In this document: in pieces, positions 18,195 to 27,351 of the stretch | Position numbering within the stretch: the stretch's first letter is position 1 | Layout: every line of letters starts with the position of its first letter | Virus record (IMG/VR): IMGVR_UViG_3300005542_000007 | Coordinates: 1 to 64,000 of that record | Reading direction: 5' to 3' (one strand) | DNA length: 64,000 nucleotides | From: a virus | Position numbers and translations under genes: made by a program | The notes under the pieces: model-generated | What the model was told of the DNA's origin: nothing | What the model saw: the letters and a program-made list of their open reading frames with translations, nothing else | Databases searched by the model: none

Positions 18195-18373
18195 TGGATG
18201 TTCTTTGTAAATGCGGGCACACACAATCCATTCATTTTCCCGAACTCAAACACTACAAGTGTGCCGGATCTTTTAATGACGGTCTAGAAATGTTAGATTG
18301 TGAATGTAAGGAATTTGATCAGGACAATTTAAGTTACGTTGAGCAGCTTGCAAAGAAAAGGAATTTGATATGA
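18191..18373 (+). CDS. CxCGH mini-protein with DNL tag (paralog of 12635-12826)
   Basis: NDGLEM..CECKEFDQDNLSYVEQLAKKRNLI*. Confidence 0.75.
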   Translation: MMDVLCKCGHTQSIHFPELKHYKCAGSFNDGLEMLDCECKEFDQDNLSYVEQLAKKRNLI

Positions 18374-18843
18374 TACAATGGAAACGAGAGAATATTTTTA
18401 ATTTGCTTTGTCTTTTTGGTGACGACAAACCCCATGGTTGGATGGAGTCGGTGAACTTAGGCACTCGCCTTTTCGTTCACATCCCAATTCAAAACTGCAA
18501 ATTTAAAACCCATCAAGCCAAGTTTGAAGCCTTCTTTCAAAAAGCCATTGAGTATGGTATAATTGAAATGGTCCCCACTGAATACATCGTAAAAGCGAGG
18601 ACAAAGAACAACTACATGATTTCCAAAGAGGATTACAATTACAAGCTTTCAGAAAAGGGTGATGGACTTCTTCGACAGGAACAAGCTGAAAGAGAAGAAG
18701 ACCGCGCTTTCTACTATAACATGTTCGACCGCTCTGTTGATGGAAAGTTTGGTGTTGACGCATTTGCTCCACTGACGCCAACAAACCTGAACATAAAAGA
18801 CAAGCAAGTTTATAAAGCAAAAGATTTGAAAAGGGGAATTTGA
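18370..18843 (+). CDS. hypothetical protein, possibly winged-helix
   Basis: ATGA coupling; YKLSEKG motif. Confidence 0.55.
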   Translation: MIQWKRENIFNLLCLFGDDKPHGWMESVNLGTRLFVHIPIQNCKFKTHQAKFEAFFQKAIEYGIIEMVPTEYIVKARTKNNYMISKEDYNYKLSEKGDGLLRQEQAEREEDRAFYYNMFDRSVDGKFGVDAFAPLTPTNLNIKDKQVYKAKDLKRGI

Positions 18844-18844
18844 C

Positions 18845-19156
18845 ATGAGCAACCTACATAAGTTGTTTAAAGAGTTACAAAAGTTGGATTACGATGATTT
18901 TGATTTGTTGTGTGATGCTTGGCGTGAATCTACACAAGTAAAAAACCAGTGTAAAAATATGGGAATTAAGTACAACGATAAATATTTAATTAATGCCGTG
19001 ACGAAGAGAGCAACTTCCAAATTAAATTACCCAGGAGCGGCACCCCCAATAAATCCCCCCGGACAAAATAATCGGGATAAAAAGATTCATCAGATAATTG
19101 TGGGTGACAATCTGGACATTATTGAAGAGGCCGCAAAAAAGAAAGGATTGATATGA
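18845..19156 (+). CDS. hypothetical protein with DNL tag
   Basis: MSNLHKLF start; ends GDNLDIIEEAAKKKGLI*. Confidence 0.7.
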   Translation: MSNLHKLFKELQKLDYDDFDLLCDAWRESTQVKNQCKNMGIKYNDKYLINAVTKRATSKLNYPGAAPPINPPGQNNRDKKIHQIIVGDNLDIIEEAAKKKGLI

Positions 19157-19911
19157 TTTTAAATATACTTGCTGTCATCTTAGGAATTGCTGCGGTTATT
19201 GGAATCCACGAAGCTTCCCACATGCTTGTTTCCAAACTGTTTGGTGTAAAGGTTTTAAAATTCTCCCTGGGGTTTGGTCCAGTTATTTTCTCCAAAAAGA
19301 TTGGAGATACGCAGTACCAACTCTCCGCTCTCCCTTTGGGTGGGTACGTCCAGTGCGCTGGCGAGGACCCAGAAAGTAACGTACAGAATGGGTTTTTCAG
19401 TCTACCATGGTACAAACGTTCCCTGATAGCCCTAGCTGGCCCTGTGGCTAACCTTATCCTTGGATTTGGACTAATCTTTGCCCTCCTCGTTTTGTTCAAA
19501 GGATGGCCTATTTTAGCGGGACTGGGACAAGCGTTTAAATTGTGCTCGTTCGTTATTACAACCAGCTTAAAATGGATATTTGGAATGTTACCAGCAGCCA
19601 AAGATGCAGCACAAGGGTCTGGATTATCGGGCCCGATAATGGTGACAAAAATTCTGATGTCCTCAGCCAAAGAGGGAGCGGCACAATTTTTATTTGTCTT
19701 GTCTCTTATTTCTTTAAGCTTGGGGTTGTTTAATCTTTTCCCCATACCTGCACTTGATGGAGGCCACGTCTTTCTGTACACGCTTGAAGGTATTAGGGGC
19801 AAAAAGTTTTCGAACAAAGTGTATTTGGTATGGAATTTTGTAGGGATGCTTTTGCTGGCCAGCTTAATGTTGTACACTTGTTTTTCCGACATAACTACCC
19901 TGCTTAAATAA
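19153..19911 (+). CDS. RseP-like site-2 (M50) intramembrane metalloprotease, no PDZ domain
   Basis: IHEASH, FSLGFGP, LPLGGYV, AGPVAN, SGPI, NLFPIPALDGG. Confidence 0.9.
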   Translation: MILNILAVILGIAAVIGIHEASHMLVSKLFGVKVLKFSLGFGPVIFSKKIGDTQYQLSALPLGGYVQCAGEDPESNVQNGFFSLPWYKRSLIALAGPVANLILGFGLIFALLVLFKGWPILAGLGQAFKLCSFVITTSLKWIFGMLPAAKDAAQGSGLSGPIMVTKILMSSAKEGAAQFLFVLSLISLSLGLFNLFPIPALDGGHVFLYTLEGIRGKKFSNKVYLVWNFVGMLLLASLMLYTCFSDITTLLK

Positions 19912-20255
19912 TGGACCCAAAGATTATAAACGACACATTCGAAAAAGATCCACATATTTGTTCGATGTGCGAATGTGGGTCTGGAAATCATTTAATTTTC
20001 TATTCATGCCCGTTATTCAGTGGACACCCAATCTGCCAGGATTGTTGCATGGTGGATATGATGAAAGACGATATAGATACAAAAGTATCCGCGAAGTTGG
20101 GCAACCCAATAGATAAAGCAACAATCAATTCCATTTGTCGTAGCTGTGGTATGAATAACGCCTGTCAAAATCAAAAGTTGGCTGAGGATTTAGAACGAGG
20201 AGCACTAGGAGAACCCAATGGCCCAGAACAAGACGGACCTAGAAAAACGCGCTGA
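19911..20255 (+). CDS. Cys-rich hypothetical protein
   Basis: Multiple CxxC motifs; TAATG coupling. Confidence 0.55.
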   Translation: MDPKIINDTFEKDPHICSMCECGSGNHLIFYSCPLFSGHPICQDCCMVDMMKDDIDTKVSAKLGNPIDKATINSICRSCGMNNACQNQKLAEDLERGALGEPNGPEQDGPRKTR

Positions 20256-20880
20256 CGAGGGAGAAGAAAACGCAACACCTCCTTCACCATCTCATCCTTT
20301 CGATGAGTATGCCCACAGCACGTATGAAGAACTTCTCGAAGAGAGAATCATATTGCTCAATGGTGACATTCGAGAGAATGTAATCGAGAAGGCCGCAATT
20401 CCCCTTATGAAATTGGCTCAAGAAAAAGGCCCAATACAGATTTACGTTAACAGTTATGGCGGTTCAATCAATGACAGCCAAGCCGTTGTGGACATCATTT
20501 CCACAATAGATAACCCAGTAATCACAATGGCTTTTGGGAAGGCTATGAGTGCGGCGTTTGATATTTTCGTCGCAGGGGATTATAGAATCTCATATCCCAA
20601 TACTGTATTCATGTGTCACAGTGGTGCAGCTTCTTTAGGGCTTCAAACTCTCTCCGCTATCAATGTTGAAGCGAAGCTTCATCTCCAATATTTCGAGCGT
20701 TGGGCAAAATTTTACGCTTCCCGAACCAAAGTGTCTGAGAAAGAATGGATGGAAATTCTTAATAATTCATTAAATCGATATTACTTCCCGGACGAGGCGT
20801 TGGCTAAAGGAATAGTTCACCACATAGTTAGTCCAGGAAACAAACCTCCTATGAAAAGCATTTTAAAAATGAAGTGGTAA
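20218..20880 (+). CDS. ClpP-like protease subunit
   Basis: ERIILL.G.I, IYVNSYGG, AMSAA (catalytic Ser), FMCH, A...GIV. Confidence 0.85.
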   Translation: MAQNKTDLEKRADEGEENATPPSPSHPFDEYAHSTYEELLEERIILLNGDIRENVIEKAAIPLMKLAQEKGPIQIYVNSYGGSINDSQAVVDIISTIDNPVITMAFGKAMSAAFDIFVAGDYRISYPNTVFMCHSGAASLGLQTLSAINVEAKLHLQYFERWAKFYASRTKVSEKEWMEILNNSLNRYYFPDEALAKGIVHHIVSPGNKPPMKSILKMKW

Positions 20881-20886
20881 AAAATT

Positions 20887-21708
20887 ATGCGAAAGCCCTT
20901 AGAATTAATAAACAAAAGATTTGGTAGAATTTTAATTACTAAAAGAGTGGGTACGGATAAATGGAATCAATCTATTTGGTTGGGACAATGCGACTGTGGA
21001 AATTCTAAGATTTTTATAGGAAATAATTTAGTAAAAGGCAGATCCAACTCATGTGGGTGTTTACGAAAAGAATTAATAACTACGCACGGCATGTCCCACA
21101 CTAAATTTTATACGACATGGGAAGGTATTATTAATAGATGCACCAATCCGCGAAGCAAATGGTTTAATGATTACGGAGGTAGAAACATTCTAGTGTGCGG
21201 ATCTTGGCTTAAGTTTGAAAATTTTATGAAAGATATGTATGAATCCTATCTTTCCCACATTAAAGAGTTTGGTGAAAATAACACTTCCATTGATCGTATT
21301 GATGTTGATGGTAACTACGAGCCAAATAATTGTAAATGGTCCACTAATAGAGAGCAACAACGTAACAAAAGAGATTCTGCTAAAACCTTTAACTATGATC
21401 TTCATCTCAAGAATAAAAATAAATTAGCCTCTTTTCTGACATTATGTGTCCGGCGGATACGAAATTATCCAAGCTTTGAAATTAAGTTTGGTATTGATGT
21501 TATTGGGTTTCGAAAATATATTGAATCCCAATTTGAATCCTGGATGAATTGGGATAATTATGGAAGTGGGAAAGGTAAGTGGAACCTAGGGCATAAAGTT
21601 CCAGTTTTTAAATTCGATTTGTCCGATCCCGATGATTGTAAAAGATGCTATCATTATACAAATTTCAAACCACAGAAATGGGAAGAAAATATTCGATGGA
21701 AGAATTAA
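20887..21708 (+). CDS. HNH endonuclease with two nuclease-like domains
   Basis: W...CDCG, SCGC, YGGR.I.VC..W, SIDRID.DGNYEP.NCKW; second domain MNWDNYG..W...H...FDL...YTN..P. Confidence 0.8.
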   Translation: MRKPLELINKRFGRILITKRVGTDKWNQSIWLGQCDCGNSKIFIGNNLVKGRSNSCGCLRKELITTHGMSHTKFYTTWEGIINRCTNPRSKWFNDYGGRNILVCGSWLKFENFMKDMYESYLSHIKEFGENNTSIDRIDVDGNYEPNNCKWSTNREQQRNKRDSAKTFNYDLHLKNKNKLASFLTLCVRRIRNYPSFEIKFGIDVIGFRKYIESQFESWMNWDNYGSGKGKWNLGHKVPVFKFDLSDPDDCKRCYHYTNFKPQKWEENIRWKN

Positions 21709-21720
21709 AATGGTAATTTT

Positions 21721-21978
21721 ATGAAGCTCTACATTGTAACCCTCTTTGACCCTAACGGACTTTCAGATAAAATTATTAAAGTATTTTCCACAAAAGAAAA
21801 TACAGAGAAGTGGATGCGTTCTGCCAAACTAATGCACCAGGAATTGTTTGGGGATAAGACCTTTGATATTACCCAGCAATACAAGGTTAAAGAGGCAGAT
21901 TTGGACAATCTTGATTTTGTGGACCTCCTTGCCGAAGCAAGGGGTCTTGGTGCTCAAGTTAAACCTTCCCAGCCCTAG
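21721..21978 (+). CDS. hypothetical protein with DNL tag
   Basis: LDNLDFVDLLAEARGLG near end. Confidence 0.65.
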   Translation: MKLYIVTLFDPNGLSDKIIKVFSTKENTEKWMRSAKLMHQELFGDKTFDITQQYKVKEADLDNLDFVDLLAEARGLGAQVKPSQP

Positions 21979-21983
21979 TGACG

Positions 21984-22024
21984 AAAAACCCCTTAAAAAT
22001 ATAATAAAAACTGGTATTATTAGG
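21984..22024 (+). promoter_or_regulatory. phage-specific (probably late) promoter motif
   Basis: aaaaaccccttaaaaatataataaaaactggtattattagg; near-identical copies at 38754 and 48811. Confidence 0.7.
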
Positions 22025-22246
22025 ATGTATGCTGCGTTTATATATTTTAATTTAATTTTAGGAGAACAAGAAGAGAAACAATATGGGTAAAGAAGAAATA
22101 AAGATTCGGCTAACTTGGCCGTCCGATATGGACCCGTCTACAAAAGTCCACAGAGTTAAGACAGGCTACAACAAAAAGCATGTCAAGAAAGAAATCGAAG
22201 ACGCTTTGCTAGAAGCGGAAGACGAAAACGCAGACTTGGATTGGCC

Positions 22247-22921
22247 ATGAAAAAACGCAAGTGCAGAACATGCGAAACGTTCAAAAATATTATTGAATTT
22301 GGAAAATTAAAAGCGTCTTCAGATGGTCTTAATACAATTTGTAAGTCCTGTAATGCTGCGGCGGCTCTTGCAAGTTATTACAGGCACCTCAAACGAAATA
22401 GAATTACTCACAAGAAAAGTGCCATACGATGGAGAAAAAATAACAAATCTCATATTTCAAAACACATGAAAGAATATTATGGGACAAATTCTAATAGAAT
22501 AAAAAGACGACAAAAGAGGCGTATTAAAGCCAAGCCAGAAAATAGAAAACGATCCTTACAAAAATACTATAATAAAAATAAAGAGAAGTGCAGACGTAAT
22601 CTTCGAGATTGGAGAAGAAAAAATCCTAAAAAAGCGAAAGCGCAGTCAAATGTTAGAAGGCATAAAGTACGAAAAGCAACTCCAAAGTGGTTATCCAAAA
22701 AATTATTTGTTAAAGTTGTTAACTTTTATGAAAGATGCCCGACAAAATTAACCGTTGATCATATCGTACCCATAAATGGAGAAAAAGTTTCTGGTTTAAA
22801 TGTTCCGTGGAATCTTCAATATTTAACTCCATCAAGGAACAGCAGTAAAGGCAATAGAATAAATCTTTTAGAAGCTTCCGAACAATACGGGAAAATATTG
22901 AAAAAAGTTGGATTAAAGTAG
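22247..22921 (+). CDS. HNH homing endonuclease
   Basis: CxxC..DG...CKSC; VDHIVPI.G..VSGLNVPWNLQYLT...N..K. Confidence 0.85.
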   Translation: MKKRKCRTCETFKNIIEFGKLKASSDGLNTICKSCNAAAALASYYRHLKRNRITHKKSAIRWRKNNKSHISKHMKEYYGTNSNRIKRRQKRRIKAKPENRKRSLQKYYNKNKEKCRRNLRDWRRKNPKKAKAQSNVRRHKVRKATPKWLSKKLFVKVVNFYERCPTKLTVDHIVPINGEKVSGLNVPWNLQYLTPSRNSSKGNRINLLEASEQYGKILKKVGLK

Positions 22922-22943
22922 ATTTTATTTAAGGAGAATTACA

Positions 22944-24116
22944 ATGGCAAAATGGATTGACCAGTTGTTCAGTTTGAACAAAGAAGCATCCACGGATGCC
23001 CAACAGGAATTTACGAAGAAAGTAAAAGCTTCTGGATGGGTTGATGGAGTGATGGGAATTGACGAACCAGCTTTAGTTAAAGAAGCTGACCAGAAGATAG
23101 AAGCCGAGCTTGCTGTTCGTGATGAAATTACGAAGGAAGCGGCTTATGAACCATTTCAGACAACTGAAGAAACTCTTAAGCATGACTACCGCAGAGACGT
23201 TTCTATCCTCAGTGACTTTACGCTTGCTTCAATGATTGCTGAAATGCGCGGCCATGCTAAGCAGGATTTTCCTGAGAACGCTACCGAATATTTTGAAGCC
23301 GCAAAGAAAGACGTTAAATCTGACCGTAAAGCAGTTGAAAAGGAACTCTTGGAAGGTACTGGAATGTCAGCACAACTTGATACATTTAAAGCTTTTGCTG
23401 ACTACAAGAAAGATGAAACTCCTAAACAAGCTACGGAGAAAGAGCTTTACAAGCCGCAGCTAAAAGATGTCAACGATGACCTTTCCAAAGGTGGAAAGGT
23501 TGACGCTTACGCCGAGACTGATGAACAACATGCGAAAACTATGTTGGGTGTTGGCCGCGAAGAGTCTGAAAGAACAGATGTAACCGCGCAGCCTGGGGAA
23601 GTTCATAAAAATGCCGCTTTGGTTCGTGATCCAGACACCGAGCTTCATATTGGTACGATTGTTCGTTTAGCGCGAACCATAATGACAAAAGAAGGCTTTC
23701 TACTTCCAGAAGGTTCTAGTTGGGAAGTGACTGAATTGGACGGATACCATTACACAATTAGCGCCAATGGCAAGAGCCACACAATCAGTGGACACGACAG
23801 CCCAAAGTTCAATAAGCTTGCATCACAGAAAGAAGCTGGATCTCCTCCATGTGCAAAATGTGGAAACAGCAAATACGAACATCCCACAGATGATGGGCAT
23901 TGTTCACAATACGTTCCTCCCACATCTGAGGAGCCTAAAAAGGCTTCACAAGAGATTGAGAACCGAGCAACCAAGGAGCAGATTTTTATTAAAATTGCAG
24001 AAATTAAATCTCCGTGGGCTGTAGTAGAAAAAGACGGACAAGAAGTAATTGCCAGGATTTCAGACGAACAAGTTTCCAAAGAATCAGTAGAGGAAAAAGA
24101 GAATTTAAATAAGTAA
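22944..24116 (+). CDS. putative head-associated protein with K-x-A motifs
   Basis: AAGGAG RBS; repeated KEA/KLA/KKA motifs; start of virion cluster. Confidence 0.6.
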   Translation: MAKWIDQLFSLNKEASTDAQQEFTKKVKASGWVDGVMGIDEPALVKEADQKIEAELAVRDEITKEAAYEPFQTTEETLKHDYRRDVSILSDFTLASMIAEMRGHAKQDFPENATEYFEAAKKDVKSDRKAVEKELLEGTGMSAQLDTFKAFADYKKDETPKQATEKELYKPQLKDVNDDLSKGGKVDAYAETDEQHAKTMLGVGREESERTDVTAQPGEVHKNAALVRDPDTELHIGTIVRLARTIMTKEGFLLPEGSSWEVTELDGYHYTISANGKSHTISGHDSPKFNKLASQKEAGSPPCAKCGNSKYEHPTDDGHCSQYVPPTSEEPKKASQEIENRATKEQIFIKIAEIKSPWAVVEKDGQEVIARISDEQVSKESVEEKENLNK

Positions 24117-24131
24117 TAGAGGTCGTCAGCC

Positions 24132-24314
24132 ATGTTTAAAGATGCCTATGAAATCCCTATAAACGTGGGAGACACGGTGCTTCTTAAAGATGGCTGTATT
24201 TGTTTCATAAGAGATTTTGTTGTATACGAAATGGCCGTTGAGACACTTTTAGAGGACAAACTTACACACAATTTTAGGACAGAGCAACCAAGAAACATAA
24301 TGAAAATTTCGTAA
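24132..24314 (+). CDS. small hypothetical protein
   Basis: D....I.VGD.V pattern. Confidence 0.45.
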   Translation: MFKDAYEIPINVGDTVLLKDGCICFIRDFVVYEMAVETLLEDKLTHNFRTEQPRNIMKIS

Positions 24315-24327
24315 CGAGGACACCACT

Positions 24328-27300
24328 ATGCTAGAAAAATTCGCAGGATACAAAACCCAGATTCGTGTACTTGAGAAAAAACTCAAGGAGATGGACCATT
24401 CTAAACTTTCACCAGCTAAAGTTAAAGAGGTGACGGAAGCTATCCAAAATCTCAAGAGTCTTGTCAAAGAGAAAGAAGATAAGAGAATTGAGCGCAAAAA
24501 GAAGAAAGAAGAAGCTGCTGCATCTAAACCCGTCGAAACTCCCAAAGTGGAAGCTGTTGCACAACCAGCCGAAGTTGTCAAGGAATCTTCCCCAGCACCC
24601 ACCGAAGTAACCAAAGAATCTACCGTCGAGAAATTTGCAGTTGATAGTAAAGTGGAACCCATTCGTGGTACTCCTGGAAGTTGGGGTACTGTTATCCGCG
24701 AAGCTGGAGTTAATGGTGATCCTTTAATTTACGTTAAGTGGAATGAAGGACATTTGAAAACCGCCCATGGCGATTACGGTGCGTATTATCCTTCCGATTT
24801 GCGTCTCAAAGTGGAAGCAAAGTCTCCAACCGATTATGTTCCCCGCGAACAGGTGTACAACCTCGAAGCTGATTACAAAGGTAAACTTTCAGCGATGATT
24901 AAGGATTTGGAAGAGGAAATTAAAACGGCTTATGATAAAGGTGAGGCAGTTTGGGCCCATCGTTTAGAACAGAAATTGTCTGATGCAAAGAAAGCCCTTG
25001 AAGAAAAATCTGAGAAAGAAGCTGCTGGTGTCCACGAGGGCTGGGATGTTATTCTTAACGGTAAAGTTATAAATAAAGTTTTTTATGTTCCAGGCGTATC
25101 GGCTGATGAAGTTAAAAGAGGTTTGGTTGAGCATGATGGATTTGACCCAGGAATTACAGTACGCAAAGAAAAACGCGCAGAAGATGAAAATGGAAGTGGT
25201 GGAACCAATAAACTTAAAGTGATTGATTTAACGCCAGCGCATGATAAAGACCCACAGGAGAAAGCCACAGGCTATGGTGGAGATCGTTCTATGGGAGCTT
25301 TGGTAGCACCTAACAGCGATGAGAATTCTTTGCCTTTAGAATCTTCTTTGGATAAAGATGCGAAGCACACTTTGAAGATTAAAAGCCTTGACGATGCTAT
25401 GGCAGATTGTTCAGAAGGTGACTGGCATTTTAGCGGTACCGGAGCCAGAACAAAAGAAGAAATTGAAGAACAATTTAAAAAGCATGTTCACGCCTCCCTC
25501 AATAAAAATTCCATAAATATTACAGTAGCTGAAAAGCTTTTCGTTGTTAATCCTTTAGCCAAGACAGCAGAGAATGAATACGTTTACGATGTATCTTTGT
25601 CCAATGGCGATAAGTTTTGTAAAATTACCTCCGAAGCCGAAATGGGTCAGGAGCATCTTTCTTATGCCATTGAGAAAGCTATTTTGAATCACAAAGAAGC
25701 ATCAAACAAGTGTGCAATCTGCAATATGGAATTTAAATCGTGGGAAGAATATGACGCACATAAAAAAGAAAAACACGGCCCCAAAATGGCCAAGCTTGTA
25801 AGCAACCTCGCCTTCTTGAAGAAAGGCTCGTTTGTCTCTATTTTAAATGTTGATAAAACAAAGAAACAAGTTAAGTTTGCATCATTAGATGGAACTCTTC
25901 GAGGTTGGGCACCAATACAGAAGTTTGCAGCATTTGCCGCTCCAGAAACCAATCTCGTTCCACATGAAAATCATCAAGATGAAGTGTTGGCTGAAAGTGG
26001 GCATGAGCTTCTAGTATCCTGTCCGGCCAACAGCACAAACGTTATTTGGAGAGCGGTTGAAGCTCCTCCGGCCACACCAGAAAGTTTGAATGATTTAGAA
26101 AGTAAGAAAATAGTTCCACACACGAAAGAATGTAATGAAGCAAATGACAGACATGTTGGGCCAACTGAAATTTGTATTTGTGATAGTAAGAAAGAAGCAG
26201 CCAAAGATTGTCCAGACTGTCATGGAAACTTTGTAGGGAAAGAAGATGAGAAATGCCCTACATGTGGAAGGTTTGCTGTAGAAGCACATTGTGGAATGCC
26301 TCATGGAGAGAAAAAAGAAGCTCGTGGATGCGATCAATGCAATGCAGCTATGATTAACGGTGTGTTTTGTCATGAAACTGGTTGTCCCAATAAACGCAAA
26401 GAACGTGAGCAGGAAGATATGGAGATGGAAAGCTCTTTAAATAAAGATTCCCACATTCGCCACGAAGATGGGAAATGGGTTATTTACAGTCACGATTACA
26501 AAAAGAAGCTTGGAACTTATGACACTGAAGAAGAAGCTAAAAAGCGTTTGGGACAAATTGAATATTTTAAGCATCAAGGTTCATTGCATCCATTATCCAA
26601 GAAAGAGGCTGCTGAAAAACTTAAACGTTGTGATTGCGGAAATTTAGTTTACCCAAATCATAAAGAACGATATGGGCATGAGTATATTACCCCAACAGAA
26701 TCCAAGAAAGAAGCTGGTGCAATGGATACAAAATGTGAAGAATGTGGTGAACCTTTGGGTCCTGAAGCATTCCTTTCCAAATGGCCAGTTTGTGGTAAAT
26801 GCACAAAGAAACGCCATGAGAAAGCAGTAGGAAAGAGAGCAGACCAGAATATTTCTCTAGAGCAACAGATACAAGGGTTTAAAGATCGCATGAGCGCAGT
26901 GACTGAAAGACTTTCAAATCCTCCAGTTAAAACAGCCGCTGAAACTTCAGAGCAAGCTCAAGAAGGTGAGAAGGTTATCGCCACTCCAGAGCTTATTGAA
27001 TCCATCGAGCGTGGAATTGACCTGCTCGAACAAAGGGTTGGAGAGGAAATTGCTCCAGAACAACAAACTAAATTAGAAGAGATGGAAAATCTTCTCTGGT
27101 CTGTTGAAGACTCTTTAGGACTTTCTCATCCATTACCTGAACACGAGAGGGTTGAACCAGAACATGCAACCGAAGTTGAAAAGCGCGAAGACGTTGAGAA
27201 AGAATCTGACATGTCCAACGTGCCTCCCCCCACCCCCGCGCCCCAGGGCTTTAGATATGCTTGGGAACCTATTAATAAAGAATGGATAATGGTAGCTGAC

Positions 27301-27339
27301 CCTAACGCAACTGGCACAGGAACAGGTGGAACGTACTAA
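24328..27339 (+). CDS. large mosaic head-associated protein (many small Zn-ribbon modules)
   Basis: 1003 aa; many CxxC modules separated by KKEA/KRA/KTA. Confidence 0.7.
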   Translation: MLEKFAGYKTQIRVLEKKLKEMDHSKLSPAKVKEVTEAIQNLKSLVKEKEDKRIERKKKKEEAAASKPVETPKVEAVAQPAEVVKESSPAPTEVTKESTVEKFAVDSKVEPIRGTPGSWGTVIREAGVNGDPLIYVKWNEGHLKTAHGDYGAYYPSDLRLKVEAKSPTDYVPREQVYNLEADYKGKLSAMIKDLEEEIKTAYDKGEAVWAHRLEQKLSDAKKALEEKSEKEAAGVHEGWDVILNGKVINKVFYVPGVSADEVKRGLVEHDGFDPGITVRKEKRAEDENGSGGTNKLKVIDLTPAHDKDPQEKATGYGGDRSMGALVAPNSDENSLPLESSLDKDAKHTLKIKSLDDAMADCSEGDWHFSGTGARTKEEIEEQFKKHVHASLNKNSINITVAEKLFVVNPLAKTAENEYVYDVSLSNGDKFCKITSEAEMGQEHLSYAIEKAILNHKEASNKCAICNMEFKSWEEYDAHKKEKHGPKMAKLVSNLAFLKKGSFVSILNVDKTKKQVKFASLDGTLRGWAPIQKFAAFAAPETNLVPHENHQDEVLAESGHELLVSCPANSTNVIWRAVEAPPATPESLNDLESKKIVPHTKECNEANDRHVGPTEICICDSKKEAAKDCPDCHGNFVGKEDEKCPTCGRFAVEAHCGMPHGEKKEARGCDQCNAAMINGVFCHETGCPNKRKEREQEDMEMESSLNKDSHIRHEDGKWVIYSHDYKKKLGTYDTEEEAKKRLGQIEYFKHQGSLHPLSKKEAAEKLKRCDCGNLVYPNHKERYGHEYITPTESKKEAGAMDTKCEECGEPLGPEAFLSKWPVCGKCTKKRHEKAVGKRADQNISLEQQIQGFKDRMSAVTERLSNPPVKTAAETSEQAQEGEKVIATPELIESIERGIDLLEQRVGEEIAPEQQTKLEEMENLLWSVEDSLGLSHPLPEHERVEPEHATEVEKREDVEKESDMSNVPPPTPAPQGFRYAWEPINKEWIMVADPNATGTGTGGTY

Positions 27340-27351
27340 AAAGAGCTTGAT

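Noticed and set aside
6484-19156. DNL tag as an ssrA mimic or a DGR target
   Set aside because: It lacks the terminal LAA of ssrA tags. No reverse transcriptase or adenine-specific TR/VR pair is visible in this window.
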